Positions 41,921 to 50,040 of a stretch of DNA of 64,000 nt are shown in pieces. How positions within the stretch are numbered: the stretch's first letter is position 1; the number at the start of each line of letters is the position of its first letter. Below the pieces are notes generated by a model. It had not been told where the DNA came from. It ran no database searches and saw nothing but the letters and a program-made list of their open reading frames with translations. A program made the translations under genes and the position numbers. The stretch is from Gallionella sp. (GTDB taxonomy: Bacteria > Pseudomonadota > Gammaproteobacteria > Burkholderiales > Gallionellaceae), in assembly GCA_031970715.1 (NCBI GenBank), contig DALYHV010000001.1, positions 9,251-73,250 on the forward strand. The letters are read 5' to 3'.

Positions 41921-43321
41921 TTAACGACCATAGCCGTCTTCGTGACGGCAAATGTCGTCCTCACCCAGATACCGACCAACCTGAATTTCGACCAGATATA
42001 GGGGTTCGCTGCCTTTATTCTCCAGTTTATGTTGGTGACCCATGGGTATATAGGTGCTTTGATTGGGGTGCAGCTCACTGATCTGACCGTTATTGCTGAC
42101 GGTGGCAACGCCCGCGACCACCACCCAGTGTTCGGAACGATGCTGGTGGCTTTGCAGGCTCAGGCTGGCGCCCGGTGCGACTTCGATGCGTTTGACCTTG
42201 AAACCGGAGCTATCTTCTTCCAGAACGGTGTAGCTACCCCATGGTCGACGCACAGTGGTGTGGCAAACATGTTCCTGACTGCCGCGTTCTTGCAGGGCGG
42301 CGACCACGCTGCGTACTTCCTGACTTTGTGTGTTGCGGGTCACCAGCACGGCATCGGCTGTTTCGACAATGCACACATCTTCCATGCCAATGGCCGCGAC
42401 CAGGCGTTTTTCGGCACGAATCAGGCTGTTTTTGCAATTCACAGCAATCACGTCGCCTTGCAGGGCATTGCCAGCGGCGTCTTGTGTCGAGACTTCGTGC
42501 ACGGCTTGCCAACTGCCGACATCATTCCAGCCAATGTCACAGGGAATCAATGAGACGCGCGCTGATTTTTCCAGCACGCCGTAATCAATGGAAATGGATG
42601 GCATGCGGTGAAAGTGCATTTTGACCGCAGCTTCAAAATCGTCATGCGCGAGTATTTCCTGAATAATCTGATGGAGCTCCGGCAGGTACTGCGCGACTTC
42701 TTGCAGGATGACCGAGGCTTTCCAGACGAAAACCCCGGCGTTCCAGAAATAATCACCTTGCGTCAGAAACTGTTGCGCTGTCGCCAAGTCCGGCTTCTCG
42801 GTGAAGCGTTGTACTTTGTGATGGCGAGTGCCGCCCGGTGCGATTTGAATGTAACCAAACCCGGTATCGGGCCGGGTGGGTTGGATACCGAAGGTGATTA
42901 ACTGACCTTGCGCGGCAATCTCGATAGCGTCCGCCAGGTGTTGGCGAAAGGTTGCCGGTTGCTTGATGATGTGATCCGCAGGCAGCACTACCATGACGGG
43001 ATCTTCGCCTGTACGCAGCAGGTAGGCGGCAGCCAGCGCGATAGCCGGGGCGGTATTGCGCCCCACCGGTTCGTACAGATTTTGATAGGGGCGCAGGCAA
43101 TGATATGCCTCGCCTTTGGCATGGGTTTCCTGGGAAACGATCAACACATTTTCTGCGGCAATCAGTGGTTGCAGGCGATCAATGGTGGATTGCAGTAGGG
43201 AGGTGTTCCCTTCCAGTGCCAGAAATTGTTTAGGTAGATCCTGACGTGAGAGTGGCCACAAGCGGCTCCCGGAACCGCCGGCCAGAATCACTGCGTTGAC
43301 TTGTTGTATGGACAATTGCAT
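41921..43321 (-). CDS. manC: mannose-1-phosphate guanylyltransferase / mannose-6-phosphate isomerase
   Basis: 466 aa. AVILAGGSGSRLWPLSR N-terminus and a C-terminal cupin (LSLQSHQHRSEHWVVV). Confidence 0.9.
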   Translation of the reverse strand: MQLSIQQVNAVILAGGSGSRLWPLSRQDLPKQFLALEGNTSLLQSTIDRLQPLIAAENVLIVSQETHAKGEAYHCLRPYQNLYEPVGRNTAPAIALAAAYLLRTGEDPVMVVLPADHIIKQPATFRQHLADAIEIAAQGQLITFGIQPTRPDTGFGYIQIAPGGTRHHKVQRFTEKPDLATAQQFLTQGDYFWNAGVFVWKASVILQEVAQYLPELHQIIQEILAHDDFEAAVKMHFHRMPSISIDYGVLEKSARVSLIPCDIGWNDVGSWQAVHEVSTQDAAGNALQGDVIAVNCKNSLIRAEKRLVAAIGMEDVCIVETADAVLVTRNTQSQEVRSVVAALQERGSQEHVCHTTVRRPWGSYTVLEEDSSGFKVKRIEVAPGASLSLQSHQHRSEHWVVVAGVATVSNNGQISELHPNQSTYIPMGHQHKLENKGSEPLYLVEIQVGRYLGEDDICRHEDGYGR

Positions 43322-43391
43322 CCTCGGTAGGTTGTTAGAACGCGTTCAGTTCTGGTGAAAATAAACAATGATTGAGCTTGGGTAGAAAAGC

Positions 43392-43421
43392 AAATGCCCA
43401 GCCATAAAATGGGTGGGCATT
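43392..43421 (-). terminator. probable rho-independent terminator after tolC
   Basis: On the minus strand, AATGCCCACCC-ATTTTAT-GGCTGGGCATT (one mismatch) is followed by TGCTTTTCT. Starts 33 nt after the tolC stop. Confidence 0.5.
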
Positions 43422-43453
43422 AAAGTGGAATGTAAACTTCGTGTCAAGGCAAC

Positions 43454-44782
43454 TTAGTACAAGGCCTGGTTGATTTTGCCTAACTCGTCTTCATTCAGCG
43501 CGCCCACCGCAGCACGCAGACGTAGTTGGCTGAGGAGATAGTTGTATTGCGCTTGGTACAAATCGCGGCGGGTGGCATATAACTGTTGCTGGGCGTTGAG
43601 CACATCCAGGTTGGTGCGCACCCCAACTTCATGTCCGAGCTTGCTGGCTTCCAGTACGCTTTCGCTAGAGCGCAGCGCTTGTTGTAGTGCTTGCACTTGG
43701 GCCATGCCACTGACCACGCCCAGGTAGGCTAGACTGGTCTGGGTGGCGACCGTGCGGCGGGCATTTTCCAGTTCGGCTTGAGCGCGCTCACGATTCGCTT
43801 CGGCTTCACGCCATTTGGCACTGGTGGCGCCGCCTTGGAACAGGGGTACGTTCAGCACCACGCCAATATTGGCGTTGCGTGTGTCAGAGCCGATGCCAAA
43901 CGTGCCGCCATTGGCGTGGTTGCGGCCATAGTTGGCCACCAAGTCCAGTGTTGGGTAATGTCCGCCACGTGCCTTGTCCACTTCCTTTTCCGCCAGTTGC
44001 AGCCCGGCTTGGGCGACGGCCAGTTGCGGGCTGTTTTGTTGCGCTTGCTCCACCCAAGCGTCCATCTTGGCGGGTTGTGGTGCCAGCAACTTGAAGTTCT
44101 CGCCCAAGCGTTTCAGCACGCCGGGCTGGGCGTTGGTGAGTTGCCGCAACATGCTTTGCTTGATTTCCAGATTGTTCCGGGCGACTAACTCTTGTGCCAA
44201 GGTCAAATCAAAGCGGGCCTGAGCTTCCTGGCTATCGGTAATCGTGGCGCTGCCAACTTCAAAATTGCGTTTGGCTTGAGCGAGTTGTTCGGTGATGGCT
44301 TGCTTTTGCGCTTCCGCCAACTGCACATTGTCCTGCGCCATCAGTACGTCAAAATAGGCTTGGGCGGTGCGCAGTACCAAATCCTGTTCGGCCAGTTTGA
44401 ACTGGGCATCCGTTTGTGCCACTTGCAATTCAGCCTGATCGTATATCAGCCAGTTTTGCTGACGATACAACGGTTGGGCCAAGCTCAGGTTGTAGCCATT
44501 GTTGTTGTAGCGGTAGGTGCCGCTCTGAAAGGGGAGTGCACCCCGGTTGAGGTACTGCACATTGGTGTCGTTGAAAGTGCTATTGGCCGACAGGTTGACC
44601 GTCGGTAGCAGCAATGAACGCCCCTGTGGCAGCTTCTCCTGGCCTGCTTGTTGGGCGGCACGCGCGGAAGAAAAAACCGGGTCACTGGCTTGTGCGGCGT
44701 GGAATGTTTCCAGTAAGTCGGCAGCGTTTGCGCTGCCAATGCTGGCAAGGAGTGCGGCTAAAAGCAATGTTGTTGGTTTCAT
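43454..44782 (-). CDS. tolC: TolC-family outer-membrane channel
   Basis: Start moved to the ATG at 44782 (signal peptide MKPTTLLLAALLASIGSANA). Tandem coiled-coil/beta repeats typical of TolC. Confidence 0.88.
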   Translation of the reverse strand: MKPTTLLLAALLASIGSANAADLLETFHAAQASDPVFSSARAAQQAGQEKLPQGRSLLLPTVNLSANSTFNDTNVQYLNRGALPFQSGTYRYNNNGYNLSLAQPLYRQQNWLIYDQAELQVAQTDAQFKLAEQDLVLRTAQAYFDVLMAQDNVQLAEAQKQAITEQLAQAKRNFEVGSATITDSQEAQARFDLTLAQELVARNNLEIKQSMLRQLTNAQPGVLKRLGENFKLLAPQPAKMDAWVEQAQQNSPQLAVAQAGLQLAEKEVDKARGGHYPTLDLVANYGRNHANGGTFGIGSDTRNANIGVVLNVPLFQGGATSAKWREAEANRERAQAELENARRTVATQTSLAYLGVVSGMAQVQALQQALRSSESVLEASKLGHEVGVRTNLDVLNAQQQLYATRRDLYQAQYNYLLSQLRLRAAVGALNEDELGKINQALY

Positions 44783-44854
44783 GGAGATATCGTTATACCA
44801 ATATAAGCAAGTGCTAATGTTAGCGCAAACCGGCAATCCGTCGCAATCGCTGTC

Positions 44855-45508
44855 TCAGAAAATGAAGCGTTCTGGTTGCAGGGCATTGCGCAAGGGGGCG
44901 GTGCTGGTTTCCAGAATGTTGTTGGTGCTGTAAGCGTCGTCGCCGAGGCGGGTGATGAGTTGTGCGCGCATGGTGGGGGCGTCACCGACGACTGCGAACA
45001 GGCGGCCACCGATGGCCAATTGCTGTTTGAACGCGGCTGGCAGGACAGGGGTAGAACCGGTCAGCACGATCACGTCGTATTGTGCATTGCCCCAGCCTTG
45101 GGCACCGTCGCCGACGGCAAAGGTGATATTGTCATAGCCATAAGGCTTGAGATTTTCCTGCGCAAACTCGCTCAATGCAGGTTCAATTTCAACGGTGGTG
45201 ACGTGTTCTGCCATCGCTGCCAACAGCGCGGTGAAATAGCCGCTCCCCGTGCCGATTTCCAGTGCGCGATCGTGGTGCTTGACCTTCACTTCCTGCAAGG
45301 CACGACCTTCTTCCTTCGGGAACCACATCTTGGCACCGTGGCCAAGCGGGATTTCCACATCCATAAACGCCAGCGCACGTTGCGACGAGGGAACAAAATG
45401 CTCGCGGCGCACCTGTTTCAACAATTCCAGCACCCGACTATCCAGTACGTCGCAAGGACGGATTTGCTGTTCAATCATGTTGAAACGGGTTAATTCGATG
45501 TCGCGCAT
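44855..45508 (-). CDS. protein-L-isoaspartate O-methyltransferase family protein
   Basis: 217 aa. SAM motif LEIGTGSGYFTALLA. Confidence 0.8.
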   Translation of the reverse strand: MRDIELTRFNMIEQQIRPCDVLDSRVLELLKQVRREHFVPSSQRALAFMDVEIPLGHGAKMWFPKEEGRALQEVKVKHHDRALEIGTGSGYFTALLAAMAEHVTTVEIEPALSEFAQENLKPYGYDNITFAVGDGAQGWGNAQYDVIVLTGSTPVLPAAFKQQLAIGGRLFAVVGDAPTMRAQLITRLGDDAYSTNNILETSTAPLRNALQPERFIF

Positions 45509-45644
45509 GTTGTTTTCTCCTCAAATTTTGTCTGCATTGTTTGATTGCTGCCTAAGCGCGTCGAGTATATCAATTTTCCAGCGCCTTTGTTTTGCAGCAG
45601 ATGAATGTCGGTGTGGTGCGGGCTGGGTGTGGGCGGGGTTAAAG

Positions 45645-45673
45645 TTGACAATTTTGGTAGGAAAAAAGATAAT
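45645..45673 (+). promoter_or_regulatory. sigma70-type promoter for the peroxiredoxin gene
   Basis: TTGACA (45645-45650), a 17-nt spacer, then GATAAT (45668-45673). Lies about 80 nt upstream of the ATG at 45753. Confidence 0.5.
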
Positions 45674-45752
45674 TCAGATACGGTTGACGCTAGTAGGGGA
45701 AATCGCCTACATTGCGTCACCCTTAACCCCCCCATCTTATTAGGAGAACATC

Positions 45753-46355
45753 ATGGCTGTTTTGGTAGGCAAACCCGCTCCCGATTTCAATGCAGTTGCT
45801 GTTATGGGCAACAATGAGATCAATGAAAACTTCAACTTCAAGAGCTTCATCGCTGGCAAGCCCGCCGTGCTGTTCTTCTACCCGCTGGATTTCACCTTCG
45901 TTTGCCCCTCCGAGCTGATCGCCTTTGATCACCGCCTGGCCGAATTCCAGAACCGCAATGTGCAAGTGATCGGCGTGTCGATTGACTCCCAATTCACCCA
46001 CCTGGCCTGGAAAAACACCCCCGTCAATCAAGGCGGCATTGGTCAAGTTGGCTATCCGCTGGTGGCCGACATCAAGCACGAAATCTGCCAAGCCTACGAC
46101 GTGGAACACGCGGCTGGCGTGGCCCTGCGCGGCTCCTTCCTGATCGATGCCGCCGGTGTGGTGCGTCACCAAGTGGTGAATGATTTGCCACTGGGCCGTG
46201 ACATCGACGAAATGCTGCGCATGGTCGATGCCCTGCAATTCCACGAAACCCACGGCGAAGTCTGCCCCGCAGGCTGGAACAAGGGCAAGGCCGGCATGAA
46301 GGCCTCCACCGCTGGCGTGGCCGAATACCTGGCCGAAAACGCTTCCGCGCTGTAA
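45753..46355 (+). CDS. typical 2-Cys peroxiredoxin (AhpC/Prx1 subfamily)
   Basis: 200 aa. Peroxidatic Cys in DFTFVCPSE, resolving Cys in GEVCPAGW. RBS AGGAGA. Confidence 0.92.
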   Translation: MAVLVGKPAPDFNAVAVMGNNEINENFNFKSFIAGKPAVLFFYPLDFTFVCPSELIAFDHRLAEFQNRNVQVIGVSIDSQFTHLAWKNTPVNQGGIGQVGYPLVADIKHEICQAYDVEHAAGVALRGSFLIDAAGVVRHQVVNDLPLGRDIDEMLRMVDALQFHETHGEVCPAGWNKGKAGMKASTAGVAEYLAENASAL

Positions 46356-46376
46356 CTCTCTTCACTCCATCGGAGG

Positions 46377-46742
46377 ATGGCGATGCACGAATGGCTGGTT
46401 GAACTGGTGGCACACATCGTGCCCTGGACCGAAGCCGTCGGCATCGCCATTGTCCTGTGGGGCGCGCTGGAAGGGCTGTTCAAACTCTTGATGCGTTTGG
46501 GCAGCCTGTTTAATCCGGCCCACCGCCCCCTCCCCATCAGTCAAATCCGCCTCGCCATCGGCGAAAAAATCGCCCTCGGCCTGGACTTCTTCCTGGCGGG
46601 CGACATCATCCAAACCATCATCATCCCCAGTTGGCAATCCCTCGCCATCCTCGGCGGCATCGTCGTTATCCGCACCATCATCGCCTTCTTCCTCAACCGC
46701 GATTTGAAAGAATTTGCGGCGGAATCGGCAGCGCACAACTGA
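46377..46742 (+). CDS. DUF1622-like small membrane protein
   Basis: 121 aa with three hydrophobic helices (IALGLDFFLAGDIIQT block). Family name recalled from memory. Confidence 0.6.
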   Translation: MAMHEWLVELVAHIVPWTEAVGIAIVLWGALEGLFKLLMRLGSLFNPAHRPLPISQIRLAIGEKIALGLDFFLAGDIIQTIIIPSWQSLAILGGIVVIRTIIAFFLNRDLKEFAAESAAHN

Positions 46743-46761
46743 CCCGTTGCTTGCCTTTACC

Positions 46762-46792
46762 GTAGGGTGCAATAAGCGCAGCGCATTGCGCC
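46762..46792 (+). repeat. REP-like hairpin element GTAGGGTGCAATAAGCGCAGCGCATTGCGCC
   Basis: Near-identical copies at 61559-61590 (+), 61614-61644 (inverted) and 62827-62857 (+). Confidence 0.8.
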
Positions 46793-46810
46793 AAGGTCAC
46801 GGGAGGAAAT

Positions 46811-48016
46811 TTAATCCACCGTCACTTGGCCGTTCATCAGCAGGGGCAGGAGCCAGTCGCGTAGTTCGGTCAGATGTTGATTTTCCTCAATTCCGTGCCT
46901 GATTTTTAGATACCAACACTGTGCTATGGCCTCATAACTTAATGCGACACTTTCGGTCGGTAGCGTAATAACGGATTCTTTAAGAAACTTGAAGTGCCGT
47001 GCATATCCATAATTCGAGAGGTCTATGTCTTTCAGCATTTGGTACAAAAGGTGCGGAGGCGCATTTTTTTTGTTTGATATTAAAACCTGAGTTCCATCTG
47101 CCCCACGAGCGTAATCAAAATTCACTAGTTTAAATATGCGGGTGTGGTCACCAAATACTACATGCGCAGACTTAACAGCTAACCGTGCACTTTCATTTTT
47201 GGTAAAACCACATATAAAACTTGTACCTTGGTCAACAACGGGAATACGGCCATTTGCAAGTATTTCTTTGCTGGGTACGCTTTCACTTCGGGGTGCTGAA
47301 CCCAAAATCTCTTCTACCAGTTTGACCTCCCACCCCTCCGGCACTTCCCGTTTCAGGGTGGGGTTGTAAACCATTTTGCCACCGGAGCTGCGGTAGGGTT
47401 GGCCGTGCTGGTCGGGGAAGTCGAATTGGACGAACCAGTAGTCGTACAAGGTTTTCGCCATCGCCTCCAACTCGGCATTGATGCGGTTGTTGCAGTCAAT
47501 TTTCTGATTAAGTAAATACAGAAAGTCACCAGCCTTTACCTGCTCATCATATTCAAGTAGCAACAAATCAAGATAAGAAAATATATCTTCGTTCAAGCTC
47601 GCTCTGAGTGTTAGAACGGCATTGTTTGTCATCGTTTTTCTGAACAAAGAACTCCTCAAATAAAACGCCATAAATTTTGGATAGGCAGATTTTTCTCGTA
47701 CTGGCCGAAGTCTTTTAAGGAATCCGCTATAAGTTGCATGTGAATATGCTTTAAGCGCTACTGAACTCATGCCAAGTTCATCAACAACTTCGCTTGTCCT
47801 CGTTAAAAAAATATCTCCTTCTTTTATAGAGTATTTTTCTTGTTCTCGTTCGGATGAGTCCATCCGTTCAATTAGCTCATTCGGTAAAAAATAATTTTTG
47901 AATACAGTGGAAAACGATAGGAAGGGTGCCCCGTGTCCAGCCTGCTCTGGTTTGGATGAAATACCCGATGCCATTTGATACAAATCAGCAAATTTGTGAC
48001 GAGTTAATTTACTCAT
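46811..48016 (-). CDS. hsdS: type I restriction-modification specificity subunit
   Basis: 401 aa. Its ATG overlaps a copy of the hsdM-type tail (TATGAGTAA). Two variable AT-rich halves are separated by a conserved GC-rich spacer and followed by a conserved C-terminal region. Confidence 0.85.
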   Translation of the reverse strand: MSKLTRHKFADLYQMASGISSKPEQAGHGAPFLSFSTVFKNYFLPNELIERMDSSEREQEKYSIKEGDIFLTRTSEVVDELGMSSVALKAYSHATYSGFLKRLRPVREKSAYPKFMAFYLRSSLFRKTMTNNAVLTLRASLNEDIFSYLDLLLLEYDEQVKAGDFLYLLNQKIDCNNRINAELEAMAKTLYDYWFVQFDFPDQHGQPYRSSGGKMVYNPTLKREVPEGWEVKLVEEILGSAPRSESVPSKEILANGRIPVVDQGTSFICGFTKNESARLAVKSAHVVFGDHTRIFKLVNFDYARGADGTQVLISNKKNAPPHLLYQMLKDIDLSNYGYARHFKFLKESVITLPTESVALSYEAIAQCWYLKIRHGIEENQHLTELRDWLLPLLMNGQVTVD

Positions 48017-48413
48017 ACCTCAACCCCGCCAACTGTTTTTGAATCTCCTGCTCCAACCCCGCCTTCAAAATTTCAAAGTAATGACTCCAGGTCAATTTGT
48101 GAGACAGCGTCTCACTATTTTGGAAACTCAAGTACAGCTTGCGCATGTAGAACACATTGGAGCGACTGAAGCCCTTGCCATGCAAGGCGCTCAGGTCTTT
48201 GGACAGGCGATCCAGCAGGCCGCTGCCGTAGTCGGCTTTTTCTTTGCCGCCTTGTTCAAATTCCACAATGTGCTGGCCGATGTGCCAATAGGTTTGCACC
48301 AGCAAGGTGTTGACGGTCTGGGCGGCTTGTTGCCGGGCGGCGTGCAGGGCTTGCCCGATGTCGTGCAGCAAACTTTGATACGCCCCGGCCTGCGTGGAAA
48401 TTTCCTTATTCAT
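48009..48413 (-). pseudogene. truncated DUF1016 (YhcG-like) gene: N-terminal domain only, fused to a duplicated hsdM tail
   Basis: 134 codons from the ATG at 48413 (MNKEISTQAGAYQSLLHDIGQALHAARQQAAQTVNTLLVQTYWHIGQHIVEFEQGG...). There is no C-terminal PD-(D/E)xK nuclease domain. The last 17 aa (AGLEQEIQKQLAGLRYE) copy the hsdM C-terminus. Confidence 0.7.
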
Positions 48414-50040
48414 AGCGCAACCCCGCCAACTGTTTTTTAATCTCCTGCTCCAGCCCCGCCGATTCGGCAAACAGCGCGTCCAGCCGGGTGGTAAAGCCTT
48501 GCATCTTGTCGGTAAATTCTTGCGGGGTGAGGGCGCTGTATTCAATCCTGACCTCGAAATACTGCCCGGCGCTGAGGCTGTAATTTTTGGCGGCGATGTC
48601 GGCGTAGCTGACCAGCACGGAGAAATCTTCCACCGCTTGTTTGGCATTGAAGGTGGCGATGATGCGGTCTTCTTCGGCGCTGGAGAGCAGGGTTTTCTGG
48701 TTTTTGCCGTCCTTGACCTTGGTGCCGAGGTTGGAGGCGTCGATCAGCACCACGCCGTCCTGATTGGCGCGGTTGATAAACAGAATCGACACGTTGGTGC
48801 CGGTGGTGGCGAAGATGTTGCTGGGCATGGACACCACGCCCGCCAGCATTTTGTGCTCGACCAGATGCTCGCGGATTTTGCGGTCGATGCCGCTTTGCGC
48901 GGTGATAAAGCCGGTGGGCACCACGACTGCGGCTTGCCCGCCGGGTTTCAGGCTGTGGATGATGTGCTGGAGAAAGAGCTGGTAAATGGCCATTTTCTCC
49001 GTGGCCTGTTTGGGGATGTTGGGAATCCCGGCAAAGAAGCGCGCGCGGTTTTCCTCGCTGTCCAACTGGTTGCGAAAGTCGCTGAAGTCCATCTTGAACG
49101 GCGGGTTGGAGACGATGTAGTCAAATTTTTTCAGGCGTGTGCCGTCGCGGTGCGCCGGGTGCAGCAGGGTGTTGCCCTGGATGATGTTGGGGATGGAGTG
49201 CACCAGGTTGTTCAGAATCAGGTTCAGGCGCAGCAGGCCGGAGGATTTTTGCGAAATGTCCTGCGAATACAGGCTGCAACGCTGCTCACCGATGGCGTGG
49301 GCAATGTTCATCAGCAAAGTGCCGGAGCCTGCCGAGGGGTCGTAGCAACTGACATTGCGCACCAGACCGCGCTGGCTGTCCGGCACCAGAATGGCGGCCA
49401 TGATTTTGGCCACGGCGTGCGGGGTGTAGTACTCGGCGTATTTGCCGCCGCTGTCCTTGTTGTAGTCCTTGATGAGGTATTCAAACAGCCCGGCGTAAAA
49501 GTCGTATTTTTCGTTGAAGATGCGCTCGAAGCTGAATTCCACCAGCTTGTTGATGATGGCTTTGCAAAAAGCGTCACGGCGGTTGGGGTCGGTGATGTAT
49601 TCGCTGACGCGATCAAACAGCGTCACTTTCGCCCCGCCGTCGGTTTTGACGGCAAAAATTTCATTGTTGCTGCTGGCAATGTCGCGCAGGGTGTCGTCAA
49701 ACAGGCGGGCAAAACCGGCTTCGTTCTGACGGGCAAATAGGTGGGCGATAAAGTGCTCTGGCTTTAAACGGGCAGTGTCCGCACTCACCTGCATTTGCAA
49801 TAGCTCCAGCTCGTCCGCGCTGAGGGCGGCATAGGCGGCTTCCCATTTGTCGGCCTGGCGCAAGTTCTCATCCAGTTTTTTGATCTCAAAGGCGAATTTG
49901 TCATTGAGGAATTTGTACAGAAAAACCTGGGTGATGATTTTGAATTCGTTGCCGTCGTTGCCCAGTCCGTAGGTGGCGCAGATGGCTTTGAGGTTGTCGA
50001 TCAGTTGTCGGGTTTGTTGCGAAAAATCCAGTGTTACCAA
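48406..50040 (-). CDS. hsdM: type I restriction-modification DNA methyltransferase subunit
   Basis: 544 aa. SAM motif DPSAGSGTLL and catalytic NPPF (IVSNPPFKMDF). Confidence 0.93.
   Translation of the reverse strand: MVTLDFSQQTRQLIDNLKAICATYGLGNDGNEFKIITQVFLYKFLNDKFAFEIKKLDENLRQADKWEAAYAALSADELELLQMQVSADTARLKPEHFIAHLFARQNEAGFARLFDDTLRDIASSNNEIFAVKTDGGAKVTLFDRVSEYITDPNRRDAFCKAIINKLVEFSFERIFNEKYDFYAGLFEYLIKDYNKDSGGKYAEYYTPHAVAKIMAAILVPDSQRGLVRNVSCYDPSAGSGTLLMNIAHAIGEQRCSLYSQDISQKSSGLLRLNLILNNLVHSIPNIIQGNTLLHPAHRDGTRLKKFDYIVSNPPFKMDFSDFRNQLDSEENRARFFAGIPNIPKQATEKMAIYQLFLQHIIHSLKPGGQAAVVVPTGFITAQSGIDRKIREHLVEHKMLAGVVSMPSNIFATTGTNVSILFINRANQDGVVLIDASNLGTKVKDGKNQKTLLSSAEEDRIIATFNAKQAVEDFSVLVSYADIAAKNYSLSAGQYFEVRIEYSALTPQEFTDKMQGFTTRLDALFAESAGLEQEIKKQLAGLRYE

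Noticed and set aside
45490-46253. Minus-strand ORFs 45490..45735, 45723..46253 and 46362..46772 around the peroxiredoxin and DUF1622 genes
   Set aside because: They are antisense to, or overlap, well-supported plus-strand genes that have a clear promoter and RBS. No motifs were found.
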